Shown: positions 9,931 to 19,492, numbered from the stretch's first letter. The stretch: DNA of 48,128 nt from Micavibrio sp. (GCA_035759665.1 DASTUM010000128.1:1-48128), one strand, 5' to 3'. Notes: a model not told the origin generated them from the sequence alone. Numbers and translations: made by a program.

Positions 9931-10256
9931 TTATACTATCGTAAAATGTTGCTCCAGCACGCCTCGCGCGATTGCAAAATGTTCGTCTTCAACTAGCACA
10001 TAATCCGTATCAAAGGTTGATATCGCAAAGATAGGAACTTTTTTTCAGCAAGCGGCTTCGCGATGGCCGACAAAATTCCCGTCAGCGAAAACTCCAAAGG
10101 TCCCTTTACTTTAAAGGCTTTCCAGCCCGTTTGAATTTTTTGCAGCTGCTCCGCAGGTCTGGAGCTTTCGCAAGCCTCGGCGTTCAATTTGGTATCCGGC
10201 GAAAATCTCAACACACTCAACGCCAATGGCAGAGCTTCCAGAACCAGGTCACGCAT
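9931..10256 (-). pseudogene. ACT-domain (ACT_7-like) protein gene interrupted by a frameshift at an A7 run
   Basis: The track ORF 9993..10256 reads ..GWKAFKVKGPLEFSLTGILSAIAKPLAEKK, then FLSLRYQPLIRIMC-stop. The adjacent frame continues VPIFAISTFDTDYVLVEDEHFAIARGVLEQHFTIV-stop (stop at 9931-9933), which is the canonical end of this family. The two frames meet at the T7 run at 10039-10045 (A7 on the coding strand). Confidence 0.65.
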
Positions 10257-10259
10257 GAT

Positions 10260-10928
10260 TTAAAAATCTACGTTTTCGTAGTGTTCGGAGGGCGTAAAGC
10301 CCGGTATCCGGTCTTCGAGCAGCGGTTTGAAGGCCGGTCTCGATTTCACGCGGGCGTACCAGTCGCGTGCGTGGTGATGTTCTTCCCACGGCACGTCGCC
10401 GATATAGTCGATGGCCGAGAGATGCGCCGCGGCGGCAATATCGGCGAGCGTGAATGTTTCGCCCGCAAGCCATTTGCGCTTTTCGCAAAGGAAGCCGATA
10501 TAGTCGAGATGGTAGTGGATATTGGCATGGCCGGCGCGGATGGAAGGCCCGTGCGGCTCCCCCAGCTTCAGGAACCGCTTCATCAGTTTTTCGCCGACTA
10601 GATTGTCCGTGACTTCACGGCTGAATTTCACGTCGAACCAGCCGACGAGTCGGCGGGTTTCCGCGCGCTGGATCGGGTCGCAGCCGATCAGATTGACGTC
10701 GGGATAAACTTCTTCGAGATATTCGCAGATGACCTGGCTGTTCGAGAGGATGGTGCCGTCGTTTTCGACCAGAACGGGCACGTCGCCCGCAGGGTTCATG
10801 GCCAGGAACGCCGTGCGGCGCTCCCAGATTTTCTCCACCTGCAATTCGAAGTCCAGCTTCTTTTCGGCGAGCGCAAGACGCACTTTCCGAGAGAAGGGAT
10901 GCAACCAGACATGGTAGAGGGTTCTCAT
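10260..10928 (-). CDS. glutathione S-transferase family protein
   Basis: 222-aa ORF. The N-terminal thioredoxin-like GST fold is LYHVWLHPFSRKVRLALAEKKL..VPVL..SQVICEYL, followed by a C-terminal helical GST domain. Confidence 0.85.
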   Translation of the reverse strand: MRTLYHVWLHPFSRKVRLALAEKKLDFELQVEKIWERRTAFLAMNPAGDVPVLVENDGTILSNSQVICEYLEEVYPDVNLIGCDPIQRAETRRLVGWFDVKFSREVTDNLVGEKLMKRFLKLGEPHGPSIRAGHANIHYHLDYIGFLCEKRKWLAGETFTLADIAAAAHLSAIDYIGDVPWEEHHHARDWYARVKSRPAFKPLLEDRIPGFTPSEHYENVDF

Positions 10929-10989
10929 TATGAGAAGCAGCTTACCTCATTGATCGGGTTATGAATAGAGGCTTTTCGCGGTTGCGGGT

Positions 10990-12207
10990 TTACCGAATCG
11001 CGGTGACGTCGATCAGGACTTCGACATCATGGCCGACGGTCTTTTCATCCTCCCATTCACCCTCGCCCATTCCGTAATCAAGGCGGTTGAGGGTGACGTC
11101 GCCCTTCATATGCGCGGTATTCCCCGCGATATCGAGGGTGAAGGGAATGACGACGGGCATGGTTTTATCCCGAATCGTCAGATTCCCGATGGCGACATAG
11201 TTGTTGCCTTCGGCCTTTTCGAATTTTACGGCTTCATAGCGGGCTTGGGGAAATGAAGCGGAAGCGAACCAGACCTCGCCGCTGATATTGGAATCGCGGT
11301 CGGCATCGCCGGTCGTAACTTTGACCATATTTATGCGGATATCGGCCCGCGCCGTCGAAAGATCGTCAGGATTGAAAATAATCGTCCCATTAAAATCCGG
11401 CAGATCGCCCGTAAATTCCGAGCCATACATCGTCGTGCGGAATTGCAGCTTGCTCTGCGCCGGCACGATAGCCCAGCCGTTTTCGGCCAGGGCGGACGTA
11501 TCGGGCGGTGCAGCGGCAGGAATTGTTGTTGCGGCAGGGGCAGGAGCCGCTTGCAGCGCCGGCGTTTCCGGGTGATTGTGCAAAAAATCTTTGGCGATCA
11601 GCAGCGCGGAAATGCCGAAGGACGCGCCGACGACCAGCACGATCGCGGCGGGCAACATCATGCCTTGCGTCCTGTAGGCCATGCGCGAAAGCGTTTCATC
11701 CTTGTCGATGATATGATGTTTGAGCGCGCCCGCGACATGCAGCCCCAGAACGAAGAGCAGCGTATAAGCGATAATACCGTGCGCATCCCTGAACAATTCG
11801 CCCAGATGTTCGTCCTTGCCGATCAGGTGCGGCAATTGCGCGCCGAAAAATGGCACGGGAAATTCTTGCGCCGACGACATCAACCACCCCGTCAGCGGCA
11901 TGGCTATGATGCAAACGTAAAGCCAGAAATGCGAAGCCGAGGCCAGCGTCACTTCCCAGTGCTCATGAGTTTCGAGATGGTCGGGCGGCGGCGAGATGAA
12001 ACGCCAGACAAGCCGCCCCAGCCCCAGGAAAAACACGAGCAGGCCGAAGGATTTGTGCACGGCGTAGATTTCGAATTTGAGCGGGGAATTTTCCATGCCG
12101 GTCATGAACAGGCCCAGAGGCAGCAGACCTATAACGATCACGGCGATCAGCCAATGGAAAAGCCTTGCGATCAGGCCGTATTCTTCTTCGGTGTTTGCCA
12201 GCGTCAT
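10990..12207 (-). CDS. cytochrome b561 (CybB-type) fused to a C-terminal YceI-like domain
   Basis: ORF 10990..12279. The N-terminal half has 4 TM helices with conserved His (ARLFHWLIAV, AVHKSFG, DAHGIIAYT, ALKHH). An Ala/Pro linker follows. The C-terminal half is YceI-like (SKLQFRTTMYGSEFTGDL, LTIRDKTMPV). I chose the start at 12207 (MTLANTEEEYG) because it gives an ATGA overlap with the upstream yceI stop. Confidence 0.8.
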   Translation of the reverse strand: MTLANTEEEYGLIARLFHWLIAVIVIGLLPLGLFMTGMENSPLKFEIYAVHKSFGLLVFFLGLGRLVWRFISPPPDHLETHEHWEVTLASASHFWLYVCIIAMPLTGWLMSSAQEFPVPFFGAQLPHLIGKDEHLGELFRDAHGIIAYTLLFVLGLHVAGALKHHIIDKDETLSRMAYRTQGMMLPAAIVLVVGASFGISALLIAKDFLHNHPETPALQAAPAPAATTIPAAAPPDTSALAENGWAIVPAQSKLQFRTTMYGSEFTGDLPDFNGTIIFNPDDLSTARADIRINMVKVTTGDADRDSNISGEVWFASASFPQARYEAVKFEKAEGNNYVAIGNLTIRDKTMPVVIPFTLDIAGNTAHMKGDVTLNRLDYGMGEGEWEDEKTVGHDVEVLIDVTAIR

Positions 12208-12797
12208 TCGTTCTCTGTTCCCTTGCCTTTGCGTATGCCTTCCACTTCCACGATGATATCGACCCTGTCCGAAACCCATGGCACGCCCGACGTCATTCCA
12301 AAATCGGAACGGTTAATGGATGCGTGCGCGGAAAATCCCGCAACATATTTTCCCGAAAAAGGATGTTTGTCCGCCTTGTTGAAGGTCACATCGAGAATGA
12401 CGGGTTTTGTTGCGCCCAGCAAGGTCAGATCGCCGGTAATCTGCGCCGTCTTTTCCCCGGTCAGGGTGATGTTGCGGGATACGAACGTCATGGCCGGGTA
12501 TTTATTGACGTCGAAATAATCCTCGCCCATCACGGCATCGTTCCAGGATTTGTCCGCCATATCGACGCTCGCCGTCTGAATCGTCACATTGATTTTGGAT
12601 TTTTCCGGTTCGCTGCGGTTGAATTCAAACCCGCCCTTGATGTCGCGGAATCTCCCGTGCGAATGGGAAAAGCCCAAATGCCCCACCGAAAACAGGACCT
12701 GCGTATGGGGCAAGTCGACTGCGTAGGCCTCGATCTCGGCACGGGCGGGGGAAGATACAAGCAGACACAGAACCGTTAAAAGCAGGAAAACACGCAT
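12204..12797 (-). CDS. YceI-family periplasmic protein
   Basis: 197-aa ORF with a signal peptide (..SSPARA/EI). YceI signatures: HTQVLFSVGHLGFSHSHGRF, LTLLGATKPV, INRSDFGM. Confidence 0.85.
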   Translation of the reverse strand: MRVFLLLTVLCLLVSSPARAEIEAYAVDLPHTQVLFSVGHLGFSHSHGRFRDIKGGFEFNRSEPEKSKINVTIQTASVDMADKSWNDAVMGEDYFDVNKYPAMTFVSRNITLTGEKTAQITGDLTLLGATKPVILDVTFNKADKHPFSGKYVAGFSAHASINRSDFGMTSGVPWVSDRVDIIVEVEGIRKGKGTENE

Positions 12798-12809
12798 GGC
12801 GGACCTCCT

Positions 12810-13013
12810 TTAGAAGATTGAACGGTTGTACAACCAGACTCCGGCCCACGCCCCGAGCCCGGCAAAAATCCAGACCGCAAGGCCGTAGGTCCAGCGCAGG
12901 GATTTGTTTTTCACCAGTTCGGGGGCGCTGTAACTGTGCAGGAAAACGTTGATGATGAACAACCCGCCTACAAAGCCCAGAACCAAACCAACGGTACCAA
13001 AAAGATAGATCAT
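12810..13013 (-). CDS. small two-helix membrane protein (hypothetical)
   Basis: 67-aa ORF with two clear hydrophobic helices. It sits 10-12 nt from both neighbours inside the minus-strand operon. Confidence 0.55.
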   Translation of the reverse strand: MIYLFGTVGLVLGFVGGLFIINVFLHSYSAPELVKNKSLRWTYGLAVWIFAGLGAWAGVWLYNRSIF

Positions 13014-13023
13014 CCCCCTATTT

Positions 13024-13584
13024 CTACTCCTTGCCCGTCTTTTGCGCCAGAGCCACCCGCGTGTCCCCGTAATCCCGCACCATCAGGACGTCACAGCCTT
13101 CCAAAGCGGCAAAATCCAGCCCCTTCTCGCTTTCCATCAAAAGACAGGCTTCCGCCGCCAGCCATCCCCCGGCGGTCAGCCCGGCGATCGCCTGCGCGAT
13201 CAGGCCCTGCTTGTAGGGCGGATCGAGGAAGACGAGATTTGCTGCAGTCATGTCCGGCGGCTTTATCCCGGGTTTAGCGGCGTCCTTCAAAACGAAAGAA
13301 TGTTGCGCACTCATTTTTAGTGCAGCAAAATTATCCTGTGCTAACCGCAGGGAAGCGCGGTTCTTGTCCATGAAGGTGCAGCATAAAGCGCCGCGCGAAA
13401 GCGCCTCCAGCCCCAGCGCGCCCGTGCCGCAAAAAGCATCGAGAACGGCGGCGCCTTCAACCACGCCGCGAGAATACAGAATATTAAAGACAGCTTGCCG
13501 GACTTTGTCAGAGGTCGGGCGTATGGCGCGATCCCGGGGAGATTGCAGCAAGCGCCCGCGATATTCCCCGCCCGTAATCCTCAT
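13024..13584 (-). CDS. rsmD: 16S rRNA (guanine966-N2)-methyltransferase
   Basis: 186-aa ORF. MRITGGEYRGRLL..IRPTSDKVRQAVFNIL, LDAFCGTGALGLEALSRGA and FLDPPY are classic RsmD motifs. Confidence 0.9.
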   Translation of the reverse strand: MRITGGEYRGRLLQSPRDRAIRPTSDKVRQAVFNILYSRGVVEGAAVLDAFCGTGALGLEALSRGALCCTFMDKNRASLRLAQDNFAALKMSAQHSFVLKDAAKPGIKPPDMTAANLVFLDPPYKQGLIAQAIAGLTAGGWLAAEACLLMESEKGLDFAALEGCDVLMVRDYGDTRVALAQKTGKE

Positions 13585-13599
13585 GTCAGAGTTCCCTCC

Positions 13600-13663
13600 T
13601 CATTGCGAGCGCAGCGAAGCAATCCAGACTGGATTACCGTGTCGCTATGCTCCTCGCAATGAC
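13600..13663. repeat. palindromic intergenic repeat, copy 1 (short form), termini TCATTGCGAG...CTCGCAATGAC
   Basis: An imperfect long hairpin between the rluB-like stop and the rsmD start. Its left arm TCATTGCGAGCGCAGCGAAGCAATCCAGA is identical to the reverse complement of the right arm of the copy at 14957-15037. Confidence 0.8.
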
Positions 13664-13675
13664 GGGAAGACGGCG

Positions 13676-14419
13676 TCATCGCCTGAAAAACCCCGGAATT
13701 TGCTGCTTGAGCATCTGGGGCTTGATTTCCAGCACCGAGCCTTTGGGCAGGTTTCCCAGATGGAAAGGGCCATAGGACAGGCGGATAAGGCGGTTTACGG
13801 CGAGCTCAAGATATTCCATAACGTTTCGCACCTCGCGGTTCTTGCCTTCGGAAATCGTGACTTCGATCCAGTTGTTGCTGCCCTGCTTGCTTTCGAATTT
13901 CGCGGTGATAGGGCCGTATTTCACACCCTTGAAGGTCAGGCCCTTTTGCAGCTTATCGAGCTTTTCCTGCGTTACGTTGCCGAAAGCGCGCACGCGGTAT
14001 TTGCGCTCCAGCCCTGTCGCGGGCAATTCCAGATAGCGCGAAAGCTCCCCGTCGTTGGTCAGCAGCAAAAGCCCTTCGGTCGTGATGTCGAGACGGCCGA
14101 CCGACACCACGCGCGGCAGGCCCTTGGGCAGCGCTTCGAAGATCGTTTTGCGGCCTTTTTCGTCGCGGGCCGTTGTCACCAGGCCGGACGGCTTGTGGTA
14201 AAGGAACAGGCGGGTTTTCTCGGCTCCTGCCAGTCTTTGCCCGTCGACCTCGATGACGTCATCATCGGTCACGGCCAGCGCGGGAGAGGTCAGGCGCTTG
14301 CCGTTGACGCTCACCCGCCCCGCCTCGATCCATTTTTCGGCGTCGCGGCGGGAGCACAGGCCCGCCCGCGCCATGCGCTTGGCGATCCGTTCCCCTTTGC
14401 TTTCGTCCAGTTTTTCCAT
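13676..14419 (-). CDS. rluB: RsuA/RluB-family rRNA pseudouridine synthase
   Basis: 247-aa ORF with an S4 domain ([30 protein letters not shown]) and catalytic motif [20 protein letters not shown]. The exact paralogue (RluB versus RsuA/RluE/F) is inferred. Confidence 0.8.
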   Translation of the reverse strand: MEKLDESKGERIAKRMARAGLCSRRDAEKWIEAGRVSVNGKRLTSPALAVTDDDVIEVDGQRLAGAEKTRLFLYHKPSGLVTTARDEKGRKTIFEALPKGLPRVVSVGRLDITTEGLLLLTNDGELSRYLELPATGLERKYRVRAFGNVTQEKLDKLQKGLTFKGVKYGPITAKFESKQGSNNWIEVTISEGKNREVRNVMEYLELAVNRLIRLSYGPFHLGNLPKGSVLEIKPQMLKQQIPGFFRR

Positions 14420-14431
14420 TACTGATGCCTT

Positions 14432-14893
14432 ATGTTTTCAGATCAAGACCATAGCCATATGCAGGCCGCGATGGAAGAGGCGAAACGCGCCGCCGCGCGC
14501 GGCGAAGTCCCCATCGGCGCGGTTCTGGTCGAGGCTGGAAGCGGGGAGATTGCCGTACGATCGGGCAACGCCACGCTGGAACTAGCCGACCCGACGGCCC
14601 ACGCCGAAATCAACGTCATCCGCGCTCAGTGCCAAATAGCAGGGGCGCAACGCATTCCGGAATATGATCTTTTTGTCACGCTCGAGCCCTGCGCCATGTG
14701 CGCGGCGGCCATCGCCTTCGCCCGCATCCGCCGCCTCGTTTTCGCAGCATCCGACCCCAAGGGCGGCGGCGTCCTCCACGGCGGAAAATTCTACGAACAG
14801 CCGACCTGCCACCACAAAATCACCGTCGAGCACGGGCTGATGGCCGAAGAATCGGTACAAATTCTCAAGGATTTTTTTGCGGCCAGGCGATAG
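14432..14893 (+). CDS. tadA: tRNA adenosine(34) deaminase
   Basis: 153-aa ORF with the CDA zinc motifs HAEINVI and PCAMCAAAI. Confidence 0.9.
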   Translation: MFSDQDHSHMQAAMEEAKRAAARGEVPIGAVLVEAGSGEIAVRSGNATLELADPTAHAEINVIRAQCQIAGAQRIPEYDLFVTLEPCAMCAAAIAFARIRRLVFAASDPKGGGVLHGGKFYEQPTCHHKITVEHGLMAEESVQILKDFFAARR

Positions 14894-14956
14894 ATTCATT
14901 GAAACGACAGAGACACAAGGGCACAGAGTTTTTGAGAATATACCCTTATTTAGGTC

Positions 14957-15037
14957 GTCATTGCGAGGAGCCGAGGGCGACGCGGCAATCCAGAGGGTTT
15001 CGCGAATTCTGGATTGCTTCGCTGCGCTCGCAATGAC
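14957..15037. repeat. palindromic intergenic repeat, copy 2 (long form), termini GTCATTGCGAG...CTCGCAATGAC
   Basis: 81-nt imperfect inverted repeat between the convergent tadA and purD genes. It is in opposite orientation to copy 1 and has about 17 extra central nucleotides. Confidence 0.8.
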
Positions 15038-15092
15038 GTTTTAATAAATTACATACTCTGTGTAGCTCTGTACCTTCTTTTCTCTGCGGTAC

Positions 15093-16388
15093 CTAACCGC
15101 CCCGCGATTTCGCCGCCTCTACCGCCAGCCAGCCGATATCGCGGCGGCAGAACCCGCCCGGAAAATCGATCTGGTCGATAGCGGCGTAGGCGCGTTGCTG
15201 CGCCTCTTCCACGCTTGGCGCGGACGCCGTCACGGTCAGGACGCGCCCGCCGGAGCTGGTGATCTCCCCCGCAGCATTTTTCGACGTACCGGCATGGAAG
15301 ACTTTAACGCCCTGCAACCCGTCGGCTTTTGCAATATTCCGGATGACGCCGCCCCTGGCATAGCCGCCGGGATAGCCCTTCGCCGCCATGACAACCCCCA
15401 GAGCGACATAGTCCGAGAATTGCAGCGGTGGGTGCTTGTCCAGCGTACCGGACGCGCAGGCATCGAGAAGATCGAGCAGGTCGTTTTGCAGGCGCACCAG
15501 CATCGGCTGGCATTCCGGGTCGCCGAAACGGACATTGTATTCGATGAGGTAGGGATCGCCCCCCACCACCATGATCCCGGCATAAAGGACGCCCTGGAAC
15601 GGATGCCCATCTTTTTGCATGCCTTCCACAGTGGGCAGGATGACGCGGTCCATAATTTTTTGGTGCAGTTCGCGCGTCATCAGATGCGCCGGGGAATAGG
15701 CCCCCATTCCCCCCGTGTTCGGGCCAGTGTCGCCGTCGCCCACGCGCTTGTGATCCTGCGCCGAGGCGAAAGGCCGCACAGTCTTGCCGTCGGTCAGGGC
15801 GAAGAAGCTGACTTCCTCCCCGTCCAAAAATTCCTCCACGACGACGGAAGCACCCGCCGTGCCGAAAGAATTGCCGGACAGCATGTCCCGGACGGCGTCT
15901 TCCGCCTCTTCCACGGTCTGCGCGACGATCACGCCTTTTCCGGCGGCGAGGCCGTCCGCCTTCACCACGATGGGCGCGCCGTTTCTGCGGATGAAATCGG
16001 ACGCCTGCGCCTCGTCCGTAAAGCGGCCATAGGCGGCGGTCGGGATAGCATATTTGCTGCACAATTCCTTGGTGAAACCCTTGGAGCCTTCGAGCTGCGA
16101 GGCGGCCTTCGAGGGGCCGAAGATTTTGATGCCCGCTTCTTTCGCCTTATCGGCCAATCCCACGACCAGAGGGCCTTCCGGGCCAGCGACGATAAGGTCT
16201 ATTGCCTTGTCCTTTGCGAAGGCGATGAGGCCGTCAATGTCCTCGACGGAGATGTTCACGCATTCGGCGACATCGGCGATTCCAGGATTGCCGGGCGCGC
16301 AATATAGCTCGTCGCACCGCTCGCTGCCCGCCAGTCGCCAGGCCAGGGCATGTTCACGTCCGCCGCCGCCCACCAAAAGAACCTTCAT
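15093..16388 (-). CDS. purD: phosphoribosylamine--glycine ligase
   Basis: 431-aa [20 protein letters not shown], the ATP-grasp region and [12 protein letters not shown] are PurD signatures. Confidence 0.95.
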   Translation of the reverse strand: MKVLLVGGGGREHALAWRLAGSERCDELYCAPGNPGIADVAECVNISVEDIDGLIAFAKDKAIDLIVAGPEGPLVVGLADKAKEAGIKIFGPSKAASQLEGSKGFTKELCSKYAIPTAAYGRFTDEAQASDFIRRNGAPIVVKADGLAAGKGVIVAQTVEEAEDAVRDMLSGNSFGTAGASVVVEEFLDGEEVSFFALTDGKTVRPFASAQDHKRVGDGDTGPNTGGMGAYSPAHLMTRELHQKIMDRVILPTVEGMQKDGHPFQGVLYAGIMVVGGDPYLIEYNVRFGDPECQPMLVRLQNDLLDLLDACASGTLDKHPPLQFSDYVALGVVMAAKGYPGGYARGGVIRNIAKADGLQGVKVFHAGTSKNAAGEITSSGGRVLTVTASAPSVEEAQQRAYAAIDQIDFPGGFCRRDIGWLAVEAAKSRGG

Positions 16389-16426
16389 AATATGCCCTCC
16401 GTCCTTATTTCGCGGGCACTATGCCT

Positions 16427-19400
16427 TTAATCATCCAGCATGACAAGCGAGGCATTCCCGCCCGCCGCCGTGGTATTGACGGACACGGTCTTCTCCACCG
16501 CGAAACGGTGCAGATAATGAGGTCCGCCCGCCTTCGGCCCCGTGCCGGAAAGCCCGTTGCCGCCGAAGGGCTGGACGCCCACCACCGCGCCGATGATGGG
16601 GCGGTTGATATAGATATTTCCGGCATTCACCTCGCGGATCGCCTTTTCCGCCGCCTCGTCGATGCGGGTGTGGTAGCCGAAGGTCAGTCCATAGCCGGTT
16701 TCGTTGATCGAGCGGATCACTTCCAGAAGCTGCTCGGGACGGTAGCGGACGATATGCAGGGCGGGGCCGAAAACCTCCCCTTTCAAATCCGTAATGTCGG
16801 GAATCTCATAGGCGATGGGCGCGAAAAAATGGCCGTTCTTGCGCAGTTCTTCCGAGAGCGGCGCTTCGGCCACGAATTTGCCGATCCCTTCCAGAAAGCT
16901 TTTGTGCCGTTGGAGATTGGCCAGCGCCTCTTCGTCGATCAGCGGGCCGACATCGGTTGCGTAGAATTGCGGGTTGCCGACCTTAAGCTCGGCCATCGCC
17001 CCCTGCAGCATTTTGATGACCTTGTCCGCAACGTTATGCTGCACGAACAAAACGCGGGCGGCAGAGCAACGTTGGCCAGCCGAGCCGAAGGCGGAGAGGA
17101 TCACATCGTCTACCACCTGTTCGGTCAGGGCCGAAGAATCGGCGATAATAGCGTTCTGCCCGCCTGTTTCGGCGATCAGCGGCACGATAGGCCCGTCCTT
17201 CGCCGCCAGCGCGCGGTTGATCGACGATGCGGCCTGCGTCGAGCCCGTAAAGGCAACGCCTGCCACATCCGGATGCTGCACTATCGTTTCGCCAACGAGG
17301 CCATCGCCTAGCAGGAGATGCAGCACGTCTTTGGGTACGCCCGCACGATGCATCAGTTTTACGGCGGCCTGCCCGATAAATGGCGTTTGTTCGGCGGGTT
17401 TGGCAATGACGGCGTTTCCAGCCATCAGCGCGGCGACGATCTGGCCCGTAAAAATAGCGAGTGGAAAATTCCATGGTGAAATACAGACGAACGCCCCGCG
17501 CCCCTGCAGCAAAATTTTATTGCTTTCCCCCGTGTAAGACCGCAGGTTTTGGCCCCTTTCATCGAAATCGCGCATACCCTGCGCAGCATAATAGCGGCAG
17601 AAATCGACCGCTTCACGCAGCTCCGCCACGGCATCGGGAAGCGTTTTACCGGCTTCGGACACGCATAAGGTAAGCAAAGTCGCCGCATTATCCTGATACA
17701 AATCGCCGATGCGGTTCAGGATCGCGGCGCGGCGCAAGGCCGGGATGGCGTTCCAGACGGGCTGGGCGCGTTTGGCCGCAGCAAAAGCCTTCTCGACCAG
17801 ATCGCCCCCCGCGCTGTAGGCGGTGCCAATCCGCTCCGTGGTATCCGCTGGATTGAGAATGTCGGCTTCTGTGCCGGATTTGTCCGAAACCCCGTTGACG
17901 ATAGAGGCCGCCGCCGTTTCCCTGTTCAAAAAGGCGGTTTCGAGCTGGATCAGCAGGCTTTGCAGGATTCCGGCATCATCAAGGTCTATCCCCATTGAAT
18001 TGTCGCGATCCCAGAAAATACGCCCCGGGAGGGGAATGGACGGGTGGGGGGCGCAACCGCGCTCCAGCGCCCGCTCGACGGGGTCCTGGGAAAGGCTTTC
18101 GGGATAAATGTTACTGTCGAACACCTTGTTTACGAAGGAGGAATTTGCCCCATTTTCCAAAAGGCGTCGCACCAGATATGGCAACAGATCGCGGTGGACG
18201 CCGACCGGGGCGTAAATTCGCACCGGCACCTTTTCTTCTTTTAAAACAATATCATAAAGACTATCGCCCATGCCGAAAAGGCGCTGGAATTCAAACCCGG
18301 TCATATCGCCCGCAGCAAGATCCAGCACGGCCTGCACTGTGTAGGCGTTGTGTGTGCCGAACATAGGGTAAATCACGTCCTTCGCCCGCAGCATTTTCTG
18401 GGCGCACGCAAGAAAGGCGATATCCGTATGGCCGCGCCGCGTAAAAACCGGATAATCGGTCAGCCCTTTTATCTGTGCCTTCTTGATTTCGGTATCCCAG
18501 TAGGCCCCTTTGACGAGGCGTATCCGCAAGCGTTTTTTGTGCGCCCGCGCCAGCTCTATCAAATTGTCGATGAGCGGCGCGGCCCGCTTGCCGTAAGCCT
18601 GCACGGCAAGGCCGAATCCTTCCCACCCGGTCAGCGTGATGTCCCCTATCACGGCTTCGATGATCTTGAGCGAAGTTTCGAGCCTGTCCACCTCCTCCGC
18701 GTCCACCGTCAGGCAAATATTATAATTGGCGGCCTTTCGCGCCAGCGCGGTCAGCTTTGCCGTAAGGGCCGGGACGCACTCCGCCTCCTGCGCGAAGCAA
18801 TAACGCGGGTGCAGGGCCGAAAGCTTCACGGAGATGCCGGGATGAGCCAGATCGTTCTTGTTGCGATGGCCGCCTATGGATTCGATCGCATCCTCGTAGG
18901 CTTTGAAATAGAGCTCGGCGTCCTCGCGCGTGCGCGCGCCCTCGCCCAGCATATCGTAGGAAAAAAGATAGCCTTTTTCGGCGTGTAGGCTTGCAGCATT
19001 TTTTTGCGCCTCGGCGATAGTCTGCCCAAGGACGAACTGCCCGCCGAGGATTTTCATGCCTTCGCCTATGGCCTTGCGTATGACAGGTTCGCCCATCCGC
19101 GCAAGCGGCCCGTCGAGCGCGTTTTTCCCTACGGACAGGCCCAGCCCCGCCATGCGCAGAATCCAGTCTTCCCCGCCTTTTCCGGTTATCCATTTCGTGC
19201 GGGCGATTTTATCGCGGATAAGAGCGTTGGCGGTTTTGGCGTCGGGAATCCGCAGCAAAGCCTCGGCCAGGCACATCAGGGCAATGCCTTCCTGTGTCGA
19301 AAGACTGTAGGCTTGGAAAAAATTCTCGATACTGCCGGCCTTTCGCCTGGCGCCGCGCATTTTCCGGATCGTGTCCGCCGCCCGCGCCCCGATACGGGCG

Positions 19401-19492
19401 GAGCGGGCGGCATCCCAGTCCAAAGAGAGAATCAGTTCCCCAACGGCGTCCTTTTCCGGCATGGTGAGGTAGGGGGACAAATCGCGGGGCAT
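16427..19492 (-). CDS. putA: bifunctional proline dehydrogenase / L-glutamate gamma-semialdehyde dehydrogenase
   Basis: 1021-aa ORF. It has an N-terminal PRODH TIM-barrel region and a C-terminal aldehyde dehydrogenase with ISPWNFPLAI, ETGGQNA and SAGQRCSA motifs. No N-terminal ribbon-helix-helix extension is seen. Confidence 0.95.
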   Translation of the reverse strand: MPRDLSPYLTMPEKDAVGELILSLDWDAARSARIGARAADTIRKMRGARRKAGSIENFFQAYSLSTQEGIALMCLAEALLRIPDAKTANALIRDKIARTKWITGKGGEDWILRMAGLGLSVGKNALDGPLARMGEPVIRKAIGEGMKILGGQFVLGQTIAEAQKNAASLHAEKGYLFSYDMLGEGARTREDAELYFKAYEDAIESIGGHRNKNDLAHPGISVKLSALHPRYCFAQEAECVPALTAKLTALARKAANYNICLTVDAEEVDRLETSLKIIEAVIGDITLTGWEGFGLAVQAYGKRAAPLIDNLIELARAHKKRLRIRLVKGAYWDTEIKKAQIKGLTDYPVFTRRGHTDIAFLACAQKMLRAKDVIYPMFGTHNAYTVQAVLDLAAGDMTGFEFQRLFGMGDSLYDIVLKEEKVPVRIYAPVGVHRDLLPYLVRRLLENGANSSFVNKVFDSNIYPESLSQDPVERALERGCAPHPSIPLPGRIFWDRDNSMGIDLDDAGILQSLLIQLETAFLNRETAAASIVNGVSDKSGTEADILNPADTTERIGTAYSAGGDLVEKAFAAAKRAQPVWNAIPALRRAAILNRIGDLYQDNAATLLTLCVSEAGKTLPDAVAELREAVDFCRYYAAQGMRDFDERGQNLRSYTGESNKILLQGRGAFVCISPWNFPLAIFTGQIVAALMAGNAVIAKPAEQTPFIGQAAVKLMHRAGVPKDVLHLLLGDGLVGETIVQHPDVAGVAFTGSTQAASSINRALAAKDGPIVPLIAETGGQNAIIADSSALTEQVVDDVILSAFGSAGQRCSAARVLFVQHNVADKVIKMLQGAMAELKVGNPQFYATDVGPLIDEEALANLQRHKSFLEGIGKFVAEAPLSEELRKNGHFFAPIAYEIPDITDLKGEVFGPALHIVRYRPEQLLEVIRSINETGYGLTFGYHTRIDEAAEKAIREVNAGNIYINRPIIGAVVGVQPFGGNGLSGTGPKAGGPHYLHRFAVEKTVSVNTTAAGGNASLVMLDD

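Noticed and set aside
12208-12279. The upstream extension of the cytochrome b561-YceI ORF (start at 12279).
   Set aside because: The extension reads MGFGQGRYHRGSGRHTQRQGNRER, which is basic low-complexity sequence, and it overlaps the end of the upstream yceI gene. The ATG at 12207 gives a canonical ATGA coupling.
13250-14425. A 391-aa plus-strand ORF across rsmD, the repeat and the rluB-like gene. Similar shadow ORFs lie at 15195..16307, 6414..7829, 11443..12519, 23178..24305, 34767..35885, 44281..45081 and 45139..46083.
   Set aside because: All are antisense to genes with unambiguous family signatures and have Arg/Ala/Gly/Pro-biased composition. The ORF at 13250 would also read straight through the palindromic intergenic repeat.
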